A stretch of 36,044 nucleotides of DNA, taken from contig JAUTWY010000455.1 of assembly GCA_030838305.1 (NCBI GenBank), forward strand, positions 1-36,044, read 5' to 3'. The notes beneath the pieces are model-generated. The model was not told the DNA's origin. It saw nothing but the letters and a program-made list of their open reading frames with translations, and ran no database searches. Source of the DNA: Acidobacteriaceae bacterium (GTDB lineage: Bacteria > Acidobacteriota > Terriglobia > Terriglobales > Acidobacteriaceae). This document shows, piece after piece, positions 1 through 8,363 of this stretch. A program made the position numbers and the translations under genes. Each line of letters begins with the position of its first letter. Position 1 is the stretch's first letter.

Positions 1-62
1 CGCAGAGGGGCACGGAGTAGGTCAATCGCTTTAGCCTGTGCTCCATTGATCTATCAGTTTGC

Positions 63-2684
63 TTACTTTGGAGCTGTGAGGATGGTTCCGTTCGGATCGA
101 GCAAGAGCTTGCGTGTTCCCGGGGGTACAGTTAATCGAAAGGGGGATTCGGGCCCATCGGCAAACACGCGGCCCGCTGGCACGGGAGCTTTGCCGGAAAC
201 GACCGCGTAAATGGGAACGGACGTCACGAGATCTTCGGGAGCATCTTCCTGGCGTATTGCTCCGGAGACGATCGTCGCGTTTCCTTTGGTTACGAATTTG
301 ACGTTTCGCAACTCGAGCCGGGGAACGGAAGTACCATTGATCCAACCATCCAGGAACCAATCGAGGGAAGCCTTACCTTCATATCGCAACGATGGCCGCA
401 GATCCTCCGCAAAAACATTCAACAGTTCGCGAGTGCTGATCGCTCTTCCTTCGTAGCGCTCGCGAAGCTTACGCAGGGATCGCACGAAACGCTCTTCTGC
501 AATTCCGCGGCCTGGATCTTTCTTGCTGGCATCTTCTGCAGTGTCGAGCAACATGGAACGCAGCATGTGGAACAGCCACGTCGCGCGTCCGTAACTAATG
601 GCCTCATAGCCTCCTGGAAAGTGCGATGAAAGCAGGCGGCTCCCTAGAGTTACAGGTCCCGCGTCCTTGGTAAAGTTGCCGTCTTTATTCTCGTTGGCCA
701 GATCTTGCCGATACTTTTCCATGATCTGCCGAAAGCCTGCCGGGTTGCTTTCCTGCAAGAGCATCAACGAAGAATAATTTGCCAAGCCTTCGGAAAACCA
801 CTGATCGCGATAGGTGCTCCAGATGATAAGGTCTCCCCACCACTGGTGCGCTGCTTCGTGTGCGGGGACCATTTGGCCAAGCAGGCTGTGTACCGGATCC
901 ATGTGGAGGTCGGCACGCTCCTCCTGAGTCAGAAATGCGTACGAGGAGAGAAAAATGAGCCCGGGCCATCCTTGGCTCTGCAGTCCGGGCAATTGAGTCA
1001 GGGCCAATTGACTGTAGGGAAAGGGACCGAATCGTTCGGCATAGGAGCGGAGGGCGCGAGCTGTAGTCTCAGCCACGGCGGTTGCGTTTCGCGCTGGCGA
1101 AGGCGCGATCGTAGCGAGTGGAACTGCGGGGATCTGCGGCAGCGGCGCTTTAGGATCGACTTGCGGCGTTCCCTTGGAAAAATTCCGCTCCACACCGACC
1201 GTTGCATAGGTTTCGACCATGACGTTTCCGGCTTGTGCCGCACCCCGAATGTATTTGCCCAAGTTGAATCCGGCCACGGGTATAGGCCTTTCCGAAACCC
1301 AGCGCCCCACTTGTTCTTTACCCGCGTTCTCAGTTTGTGCGGATGGCGCCGATTGCTGGGGTGCGGGCATGGGCTTGCCCGTCGCGACGAGAGTCCACCC
1401 TGGTGGATAGTGGAAGGTGAGGTCGAAGTCCGCCATGGCCATCCCGCGATTGGGATACCAAGTGCCGCGTTCGCCCACGTAGAGCAGGCCTTTGCCGGCT
1501 TCAGCGATTACCTCGCCGCCATAGACAAAACGCAGTTTGATTTTCTGTCCCTTGATTGCCGGTTTGGGGAGAATCACGGCCACCAGATCGTTGCCACTCC
1601 GCGCGAGGCGCGTGCCTTCCACTGCGGGATTGTGAATGAACTCCACCGTACTTCCATCCGCCTCCACAGTCTGAATCTGGAGAAAACGCGAGAGTTCGAA
1701 GACAAGGAAACGAAATCCACCGCGTCGCACATCCAGCGACAAGTTCACCTCGGCATCCAACTCTTTGGGCGGTTTCACGTGAGCATCAATCACGTAGCTT
1801 CGCACCAGAATCGGATCTTCGCGCGATTCTGTTTCCGCGGGCAGCGTCTGCGGGATATCTCTCTGCGCCACGCGGTTCCGTCCCGCATTTGCCGTCGAGA
1901 AGGAAGTCCAAACGTCGTAGTATAGGTTTCCGCTCTCTACTCTTTTGGACTGTCCCGCTTCGACTTGTTCCCCAGCGGTCGAGTCGAAAACCACATCGAA
2001 GACGCCGAGTTTATTTCCCTGCAACCGCGCGTGCAAAAGTCGGTCCTCGGGATCCACTCGTCTTACGGCTGAAGAGTCTTCGCCTGCAACCGGCAGCATC
2101 TCGCTGAACCCTGCCAGCAATCTCATGGCGTCAGACTGCGCCAAGTTGCGGGCCGTCTCGTCCCATCGAACGACAAAGTCTTGCCCATCTTGCGGCGCCC
2201 TGAGGCCCGGTTGCAGTTCGGCGGCAGTATTGTCATTAAAGCGGAAGTAGGCTGTGGAGAAGCGTTCTTCCAGAATAGCCATCCCTGTGAACAAGCTCAT
2301 TGATCTTCGTTCCACATCGTTCGGGGGGACAAGCAGCAGTTCTCCCTCGCCGGCAAAGAATCCTCCGGTGATTCTGCCCAGACTATCCTTCGTGAAGGCG
2401 ATGGTTCCATCCTCGAGAGTGATGTGGATGGAGGGGCGGTCCAAGGAAGCTTCTCGTACCCGGAATACCCGGCTCGGATCCAGGCCGATTGAGCTCAGTT
2501 GCAGGTAGAGGGCTTCCGCCGGCCCGGGTGGCCGCGCCTGCACGGGAGCAGCCGGCGTATTTTGTGCGCTCGCAGAAGGCGAAATATTGAGGCACAGGGT
2601 CAACGTGACGCCCCATTTGCATAATGATGTCGGCACTTTGGTCACGTAGGTTTGGGGCGCTGCTGTTGCTAGAATGCGCTTCAA
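63..2684 (-). CDS. M1-family zinc aminopeptidase (aminopeptidase N-like), probably secreted
   Basis: 873-aa ORF with the gluzincin signature HEAAH-X18-E (HEAAHQWWG...WFSEGLANY). N-terminal hydrophobic stretch ending SPSASAQ looks like a signal peptide. The track start is TTG at 2684; in-frame GTG codons at about 2645 and 2636 are alternative starts. Confidence 0.85.
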   Translation of the reverse strand: MKRILATAAPQTYVTKVPTSLCKWGVTLTLCLNISPSASAQNTPAAPVQARPPGPAEALYLQLSSIGLDPSRVFRVREASLDRPSIHITLEDGTIAFTKDSLGRITGGFFAGEGELLLVPPNDVERRSMSLFTGMAILEERFSTAYFRFNDNTAAELQPGLRAPQDGQDFVVRWDETARNLAQSDAMRLLAGFSEMLPVAGEDSSAVRRVDPEDRLLHARLQGNKLGVFDVVFDSTAGEQVEAGQSKRVESGNLYYDVWTSFSTANAGRNRVAQRDIPQTLPAETESREDPILVRSYVIDAHVKPPKELDAEVNLSLDVRRGGFRFLVFELSRFLQIQTVEADGSTVEFIHNPAVEGTRLARSGNDLVAVILPKPAIKGQKIKLRFVYGGEVIAEAGKGLLYVGERGTWYPNRGMAMADFDLTFHYPPGWTLVATGKPMPAPQQSAPSAQTENAGKEQVGRWVSERPIPVAGFNLGKYIRGAAQAGNVMVETYATVGVERNFSKGTPQVDPKAPLPQIPAVPLATIAPSPARNATAVAETTARALRSYAERFGPFPYSQLALTQLPGLQSQGWPGLIFLSSYAFLTQEERADLHMDPVHSLLGQMVPAHEAAHQWWGDLIIWSTYRDQWFSEGLANYSSLMLLQESNPAGFRQIMEKYRQDLANENKDGNFTKDAGPVTLGSRLLSSHFPGGYEAISYGRATWLFHMLRSMLLDTAEDASKKDPGRGIAEERFVRSLRKLRERYEGRAISTRELLNVFAEDLRPSLRYEGKASLDWFLDGWINGTSVPRLELRNVKFVTKGNATIVSGAIRQEDAPEDLVTSVPIYAVVSGKAPVPAGRVFADGPESPFRLTVPPGTRKLLLDPNGTILTAPK

Positions 2685-4108
2685 TGCGGCTTCGTGTCAC
2701 TACCTTATCAGCACTTTGGATGACGTTCGCTTTCGCGGCGGCCTCGGCCGACACGATCCATTTAAAGAACGGCCGCATTATCCTCGCCGATCACGTCCGT
2801 GAAAACGGCAATCGCTGTGAATACGACATTGGCGAGGACACTTATGCGATTCCTAAGAGTTCGGTCGAGCGCATCGAGGCGGGCGGCATGCCTCCGGTCG
2901 CCTCGCCCAGTTCCAACAAGACTTCCAGCGATCTGCCCGTATTCACTCCGATCGACGGTCTCAAGGATGAGGGTGATCTTCCGAAGACAATCGTTAGGGA
3001 TGGCAAGGTTGATCCTGACGCACTCTCGAGGCTCGAGGGCAAAGGAAATGCCGAGTTAAGCGCGACAGCGAACTTCATTGCCGCCAAATTTGAATTCGAC
3101 CATGGCAATCTCGACCAGGCGCGCCGCTATTTCGACAGCGCTCTCCGCTTCGAGCCGCAGAACGCGACGGTCCTTACCTACTACGCAGCGCTGCTGGTGC
3201 GCACGGGAGACGCTTCGCGGGCACTGACTTACGCCCGGCTGGCGACGCAGGCGTCGCCCAGTTCGGCCGATGCTTTCGCTGTGCTGGGCTATGCGCAGCA
3301 AGCTTCCGATCGCACGAAAGATGCGATTGCCTCATGGAAGCGTTCTCTCGAATTGCGGCCCGATCCCGCAGTGCAAAAATTCCTGGCAAAAGCGGAGCGC
3401 GAGCAGAACGTCGAGGCCGCCTTCTCGCAACGCGAGACCGGCCATTTCATTCTGCATTACGAGGGCAAGCAGAGCTCGGAAATATTCCGGGAACAGATCC
3501 TGGCCGCGCTGGAATCGGACTACGACGATCTCTATCGCACTCTGGGAACTCCGCCACGCGACAACATTCTTGTAACGCTCTACACGGAGCAAGCTTTCTT
3601 TGACGTGACGCGGGCCCCTTCCTGGATAGGAGCCATCAACGACGGCAAGCTCCGCATTCCAATCAGCGGCCTCAATTCCATGACGTCTGAATTGGCCAGA
3701 GTGCTGAAGCATGAACTGGCCCACTCCTTCATCAATCAGATTTCCTCAGGCCGCTGTCCGCCCTGGCTGAATGAGGGAATCGCTCAGCTTCTGGAACCAA
3801 GATCTTTGGGCGGCGACGGACTTCACTTGTCCCGGCTGTTTAAGGCGGGGCGCGACATTCCTTTCAATGAACTGGAAGGCAGTTTCCTGCGATTCTCGGG
3901 CGCCAAAGCCTCCGTGGCCTATGCGGAGTCGCTGGCGGCCGTTTCCTATATCAACGATTCCTACGGAATGGGCGACCTGCAGACAATTTTGCAACGGCTG
4001 GGACAAGGCAGCTCCACCGAATCCGCCCTGCGTGCGACCCTCCACTCGGATTACGGTCAACTGGAGTCCGAGGTCGCCAAGTATCTCTCCGGCAAGTACG
4101 GCCAGTAG
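2684..4108 (+). CDS. Secreted TPR-repeat protein with C-terminal MA-clan metallopeptidase-like domain
   Basis: The ORF track opens at 2624, but ATG 2684 gives a good signal peptide (MRLRVTTLSALWMTFAFAAASA|DT). TPR-like helical repeats lie in the middle (RRYFDSALRFEPQN..., ASWKRSLELRPD). C-terminal HELAHSF plus NEGIAQLLE resembles the peptidase_MA HExxH...E arrangement. Confidence 0.7.
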   Translation: MRLRVTTLSALWMTFAFAAASADTIHLKNGRIILADHVRENGNRCEYDIGEDTYAIPKSSVERIEAGGMPPVASPSSNKTSSDLPVFTPIDGLKDEGDLPKTIVRDGKVDPDALSRLEGKGNAELSATANFIAAKFEFDHGNLDQARRYFDSALRFEPQNATVLTYYAALLVRTGDASRALTYARLATQASPSSADAFAVLGYAQQASDRTKDAIASWKRSLELRPDPAVQKFLAKAEREQNVEAAFSQRETGHFILHYEGKQSSEIFREQILAALESDYDDLYRTLGTPPRDNILVTLYTEQAFFDVTRAPSWIGAINDGKLRIPISGLNSMTSELARVLKHELAHSFINQISSGRCPPWLNEGIAQLLEPRSLGGDGLHLSRLFKAGRDIPFNELEGSFLRFSGAKASVAYAESLAAVSYINDSYGMGDLQTILQRLGQGSSTESALRATLHSDYGQLESEVAKYLSGKYGQ

Positions 4109-4191
4109 CCCCGAGTTCTCCGCATTCTCCGGCAAAACTTCATATTGCTCCTAGTCCGGGCTTGTGCTAGTTTCTGATAGCTCGCGCGCCC

Positions 4192-4959
4192 ATGTGTGCT
4201 CTATTCCACTCCCGCGTTGCCGAACCAATCCCAGTGCTGGAGCCTGTTCCGGGCGACTTCCCTAAGATCGATGGCGCGGAGATTGCCGCTACCACCTACG
4301 GAAAACGAGTCGCTGGGGATTTCTACGATTCCTTACGCGTTGGCCCGGAACGCATATTGTTTGGCTTGCTTGATGTTGCCGGCCGGCGCGAGAACAACCG
4401 GCTCCTCCTGTCGACCGCACAGACTGTCTTTCGGGTTCGCGGGGCCGAACTCTTTTCGGGCTCCGATATCAACGAATCCGAAGCCATGGTTACGCTCTGC
4501 ATCGAACTCAACCGCAGCTTGATGGAAGCCGCCGCTGGGGTGCATAGTTGTCCAGCATTTATCGGCTGCTACCACGAAAGGTTTGGCACACTCTGCTACA
4601 CCAACGCCGGGCATACGGCAGGACTGCTCCGCGACGACACCGGCATTGCCGAACTCGCTTCCACAGGCTTGCCCCTTGGCCTGTTCTCTCACGCCACCTG
4701 CGACGCTCCCACAGTGGCTTTGGAGGAAGGTGCAGTGCTGTTGCTGGTTTCGCGAGGCGTGGTTGAGGGCAAGTGTAAAGCGGACAAGGCTGACGATGAG
4801 GAATTCGGCCTGGAACGCGTGAAAGAGCGGTTTGGGACCGAATCTTCGTCCAACGCCCAGGCGATCAGCGGATCCATTTTGAATAGAGTCGGGGAGTTCA
4901 CCTGCGAGCCTCTGGTTCCAGACGACATGACCGCGCTCGTCTTCGTGCGGACTGGCTAG
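4192..4959 (+). CDS. Stand-alone PP2C/SpoIIE-type phosphatase domain protein (degenerate catalytic motifs)
   Basis: 255 aa. GDFYD, NAGH, GLPLG and C-terminal DDMTALVFV motifs are typical of SpoIIE/RsbU-type PPM domains. However, DVAGRR replaces DVSGHG/KG and VSRG replaces TDG. Confidence 0.7.
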   Translation: MCALFHSRVAEPIPVLEPVPGDFPKIDGAEIAATTYGKRVAGDFYDSLRVGPERILFGLLDVAGRRENNRLLLSTAQTVFRVRGAELFSGSDINESEAMVTLCIELNRSLMEAAAGVHSCPAFIGCYHERFGTLCYTNAGHTAGLLRDDTGIAELASTGLPLGLFSHATCDAPTVALEEGAVLLLVSRGVVEGKCKADKADDEEFGLERVKERFGTESSSNAQAISGSILNRVGEFTCEPLVPDDMTALVFVRTG

Positions 4960-5090
4960 CATGTGCTACAGGCAACTCGGAAGCCAAGCCGGCACGCCAA
5001 AATATTCTGGGTAGTTCACACCCTGCCGGGAGTAGTAAAATATTTGAAAAGGTTTTCGCCCGCAAGTCCAGGCAGCCTACCGGAAATCCT

Positions 5091-6272
5091 ATGAAGAAAC
5101 TGGTTCTCATACTCATCGCTGTGGGTTGTCTGCCTGTCTTTTGCGCGGGGCAGGTGGTTGAAGAAATAATCGCTCGCGTCAACAGCCAAATCATCACACG
5201 CTCGGAGTTCGTCCGCAGCAAAGACCAGCTCAAGGACGACGTGAAGCAGCAGAGCCCTGCCGAGGCGGACAAAGTCTACGCCGAACGGGAAAAGGACGTC
5301 TTGCGCGACCTCATCGATCAGCAGCTCCTGATTGAAAAGGGCAAAGACCTTGGCATTACCGGCGACACCGACCTGATCAAGCGCCTCGACCAGATGCGCA
5401 AGGAGATGAAGCTGGACTCGATGGAAGAGCTGGAGAAAGCCGCTACCGCCCAGGGCATTTCATACGAAGATTTCAAGCAGAACATGCGAAACCAGCTCAT
5501 CACGCAAAAGGTGATTGGCGAAGAAGTCGGTTCCCATCTCAGCATCCCGAAAGAAGAGGAAGCCAAGTTTTACGAAGAACACAAGAATGAGATGGAGCAG
5601 CCGGAATCGATAAAACTCAGCGAGATTCTGGTGGCTCCGCACCGAGCGGCCAACGATAAACCAGCCGAAAAACCAGCCCAGGCCGCAGCTGATTCCGCCG
5701 CGGCGGGCAGCGTTCCCAAGAGTCAAGACGCTTCTGCCGATCCAGCCAAAGAGGCAGAAGATGCTGCAGCTCTGACCGCGGCTGAGGCCAAAGCTAATGA
5801 GTTGCTCAAACAGATCCGCGCCGGAGCCAGCTTTGAAGATGTGGCGAAGAAGAATTCCGACGGTCCTTCGGCGTCGCAGGGCGGCGATCTGGGAGCATTC
5901 AAGCGCGGCTCTCTAGCCAAGGAACTTGAGGATAAGACATTTGCCATGAAGGCCGGCGAAGTCACCGACGTGATCCGCACTAAACAGGGTTATGTCATCT
6001 TGAAGGTGACCAGTCACCAGGCGGCAGGGATTCCGACATTGAAGGAAGTGGAACCTAAGATCCAGGACGCCCTGTATTACCAGAAGCTGCAACCAGCGCT
6101 CCGCGCTTATCTCACGAAACTCCGCGAAGAAGCCTACATCGACATCAAGGCTGGTTACATCGATTCCGGCGCCAGCCCGAACCAGACCAAGCCCATTGAA
6201 ACCACCACCGCCAAGGCTTCCGACGCTAGGAATCTTAAGAAAAAGAAAAAGAAAGTGCTGGGCGTCCTTTAG
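5091..6272 (+). CDS. SurA/PpiD-like periplasmic chaperone with parvulin PPIase domain
   Basis: Signal peptide MKKLVLILIAVGCLPVFCAG. SurA-N-like helical region (IIARVNSQIITRSEF...). Parvulin motif GGDLGAFKRGSLAKELEDKTFAMKAGEVTDVIRTKQGYVILKV. Confidence 0.8.
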   Translation: MKKLVLILIAVGCLPVFCAGQVVEEIIARVNSQIITRSEFVRSKDQLKDDVKQQSPAEADKVYAEREKDVLRDLIDQQLLIEKGKDLGITGDTDLIKRLDQMRKEMKLDSMEELEKAATAQGISYEDFKQNMRNQLITQKVIGEEVGSHLSIPKEEEAKFYEEHKNEMEQPESIKLSEILVAPHRAANDKPAEKPAQAAADSAAAGSVPKSQDASADPAKEAEDAAALTAAEAKANELLKQIRAGASFEDVAKKNSDGPSASQGGDLGAFKRGSLAKELEDKTFAMKAGEVTDVIRTKQGYVILKVTSHQAAGIPTLKEVEPKIQDALYYQKLQPALRAYLTKLREEAYIDIKAGYIDSGASPNQTKPIETTTAKASDARNLKKKKKKVLGVL

Positions 6273-6396
6273 AAGACGAAGCTCCCGTGAGGACAGCTCG
6301 CCCTCGGCTGCTCCGCGCGGAGCGAGGTATTCTGGCACCACCCCTTTCAGCGCGCGCTCACTCTCGTGCCGTCTCGGTCTGTTCTGATTTACACTA

Positions 6397-7479
6397 GTGC
6401 GGAGAATGAAAGAATTCTACATTTGCGATTGCGTGCGCCACGAGAACAAAATCATTACCTCCAACTTTGTCGTGGTCAGCAAGCAAATCAAGCCCAAAAA
6501 AACCGGCGAGCCTTACCTCGCTCTTACGCTGGGCGACCGCAGCGGGCAGCTCGAAGCCAAGATGTGGGACAACGTGGAGGAAGTGCTCAACGCCTTCGAG
6601 CAGGACGATTTCCTCAAAATCAAGGGACTGGTCAACAAGTATAAGAATCGCTTCCAGCTCACCATCCATAAGGTGCGCAAGCTCGGGGAAACGGAAATCG
6701 AATTCTCTGATTATCTCCCCAAGACCACAAAAAATATTGATGATCTCTGGCAGACTCTCGCCGACTACGTTGCCTCTTTTCAGAACCCTCACCTGAAGTC
6801 TCTCGTGAGGGCTTTCATGTCAGACCCGGAGATTGCAGCCGCATACCGCAACGCCCCGGCGGCCAAGACTCTGCATCATGCTTATATCGGGGGCCTGCTC
6901 GACCATGTAGTCTCGCTTTTTCGCTCTTGCGACCTGGTCTCCAGAAACTATCCTCAGGTCAATCGCGACTTGTTGCTGACTGGGGTCTTTCTCCACGACA
7001 TTGGCAAGATTCACGAACTGGCCTACAACCGCTCGTTCTCTTACACCACGCGCGGCCAGCTTCTGGGGCACATGATTATTGAACTGGAGATGTTGCAGGC
7101 GAAACTCGCGCTGGTCCCAGCATTTCCCACTGAACTCAAGACGCTGCTGGAACATCTCATTATCAGCCACCATGGAGAGTATGAATTCGGCTCGCCCAAG
7201 TTGCCGATGTTTCCCGAAGCGCTCCTCTTGCATTATATGGACGACCTGGATTCCAAAATGGAGGCCATGCGCGCGCAATTTGAGCGCGAGGCTGACCTCG
7301 ATAGCTCATGGACGAGCTATAACGCGTCACTCGGTCGCCCCCTGCTAAACAGCGCAAAATTTCTTAGCCCAAAACCTCCTCCCGCACCCACCGATTCCTC
7401 CTCCCCCGCTGAGGATGAGCCGGAAGGCGCGAGTGAAGGCCGCGAAGAAAGCTCCCCTGTGACCGGTCTCAAACCCTGA
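6397..7479 (+). CDS. yhaM: OB-fold + HD-domain 3'-5' exoribonuclease, YhaM family
   Basis: N-terminal OB-fold-like region (KPKKTGEPYLALTLGDRSGQLEAKMWD). HD domain motifs HHAYIGGLLDHV and FLHDIGK, later HYMDDLDSK. Start is GTG 6397 or ATG 6406. Confidence 0.8.
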   Translation: MRRMKEFYICDCVRHENKIITSNFVVVSKQIKPKKTGEPYLALTLGDRSGQLEAKMWDNVEEVLNAFEQDDFLKIKGLVNKYKNRFQLTIHKVRKLGETEIEFSDYLPKTTKNIDDLWQTLADYVASFQNPHLKSLVRAFMSDPEIAAAYRNAPAAKTLHHAYIGGLLDHVVSLFRSCDLVSRNYPQVNRDLLLTGVFLHDIGKIHELAYNRSFSYTTRGQLLGHMIIELEMLQAKLALVPAFPTELKTLLEHLIISHHGEYEFGSPKLPMFPEALLLHYMDDLDSKMEAMRAQFEREADLDSSWTSYNASLGRPLLNSAKFLSPKPPPAPTDSSSPAEDEPEGASEGREESSPVTGLKP

Positions 7480-7591
7480 TGTTCATCACGTGAAACGGGA
7501 ACATGCTATCGATACTCACTATCCAGACTCAGTCGATTGCCACGCCAATCCTTTGCGATTAAATTAGGAGTCAGTACGACATGGAGGGATC

Positions 7592-8293
7592 ATGCGCTCA
7601 CGTTCTATCTTTTTCATTCTTAGTCTTGCTCTGATGCTGGGCACTGCGGGCTGCTCGCGCAAGCCTGCCTCGGACAATTCGAATGCCGCCAGCGGCAACA
7701 CCAACAATGCCAACAACGGCAACACGAGCAACGCGGATACGAACAGCGCCAACCAGCAGAATCAAGCCCCGGCTCCAAACCCACCCCTGGTGGTGCCCTC
7801 CGGGACTACAGTGACCGTCAGGTTAGGGACAGAGCTTGGCTCCAAAGTGAGCGCGCCGGGGGAGCGATTCACTGGCACCGTGGCCAAAGACGTCGTGATA
7901 GACAATGCCGTCGCCATCCCACGGGCTACCCGAGTCAGCGGAACAGTAGTGAATGCCAAGCCTCTCGGAAAATTTGCGGGTGGCGCGCTTCTGCAGATTC
8001 GGCTTGACTCCATCAACATCAACGGCTCGGATACGCGGGTCCATGCCTCTGCCCGTTCTTTCACAATCAAAGGAAAGGGCAAGCGCACTGGAATCATGGC
8101 TGGCGGCGGGGCTGCGTTGGGCGGAATTGTAGGAGGATTGGCAGGTGGCGGAAAGGGCGCAGCCATTGGGCTCGCAGCCGGGGGCGGGGCCGGCGGAGCT
8201 GGCGCGGCCCTTACGGGAAACAAGGAAATTGTGCTGCCCGCAGAATCTGCGGTGGCCTTCCAGCTCACGCAACCGATCGAAGTCAGCCAATAG
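7592..8293 (+). CDS. Lipoprotein with N/Q-rich linker and C-terminal glycine-zipper segment
   Basis: GGAGGG Shine-Dalgarno 4 nt upstream of the ATG. Lipobox LGTAG|C. Asn-rich low-complexity stretch, a beta-rich middle domain, then GGGAALGGIVGGLAGGGKGAAIGLAAGGGAGGAGAAL. Confidence 0.65.
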   Translation: MRSRSIFFILSLALMLGTAGCSRKPASDNSNAASGNTNNANNGNTSNADTNSANQQNQAPAPNPPLVVPSGTTVTVRLGTELGSKVSAPGERFTGTVAKDVVIDNAVAIPRATRVSGTVVNAKPLGKFAGGALLQIRLDSININGSDTRVHASARSFTIKGKGKRTGIMAGGGAALGGIVGGLAGGGKGAAIGLAAGGGAGGAGAALTGNKEIVLPAESAVAFQLTQPIEVSQ

Positions 8294-8314
8294 ATCTGCC
8301 GGCTCACCCCAGAT

Positions 8315-8357
8315 CACCACAAGCGGGCATGCCTTGCTTGCGGTGAGAGTTTGTTAT
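8315..8357 (+). terminator. Candidate intrinsic terminator after the lipoprotein gene
   Basis: Inverted repeat CACCACAAGC (8315-8324) / GCTTGCGGTG (8336-8345), 9 of 10 complementary, followed by AGAGTTTGTTAT. By eye only, no energy calculation. Confidence 0.35.
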
Positions 8358-8363
8358 CCCAAG

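Noticed and set aside
705-1925. 406-aa ORF on the plus strand
   Set aside because: It lies entirely antisense to the M1 aminopeptidase gene, which has clear catalytic motifs. Its composition is Arg/Gly/Cys-rich and it has no recognisable motif. This is a typical shadow ORF of GC-rich DNA.
6238-6255. AAGAAAAAGAAAAAGAAA run as a programmed frameshift or phase-variation tract
   Set aside because: It is read in frame as six Lys codons, only 5 codons before the stop. There is no downstream alternative-frame ORF or stimulatory structure. It is kept only as a minor note.
6310-6323. GCTCCGCGCGGAGC palindrome after the surA-like gene as an intrinsic terminator
   Set aside because: The stem is short (6 bp with a 2-nt loop) and no U-tract follows (GAGGTATTCTGG). 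This is not enough to call a terminator.
7762-8320. 181-aa and 165-aa minus-strand ORFs (Pro/Ala-rich)
   Set aside because: They are antisense to the Gly-rich lipoprotein gene, because GGN codons read as NCC give Pro/Ala. The plus-strand gene has a Shine-Dalgarno sequence and a lipobox.
8145-8363. N-terminal extensions of track ORFs. Examples: 8145 for the HAD gene, 11011 for def, 14981 for dksA-like, 16548 for iorA, 17120 for iorB, 20650 for yceD, 22469 for fabD, 31649 for the S15 hydrolase, 35566 for ddl.
   Set aside because: The extensions overlap the upstream gene or consist of non-protein-like sequence. Internal ATG or GTG codons give canonical family N-termini, signal peptides or coupled ATGA/TGATG junctions.
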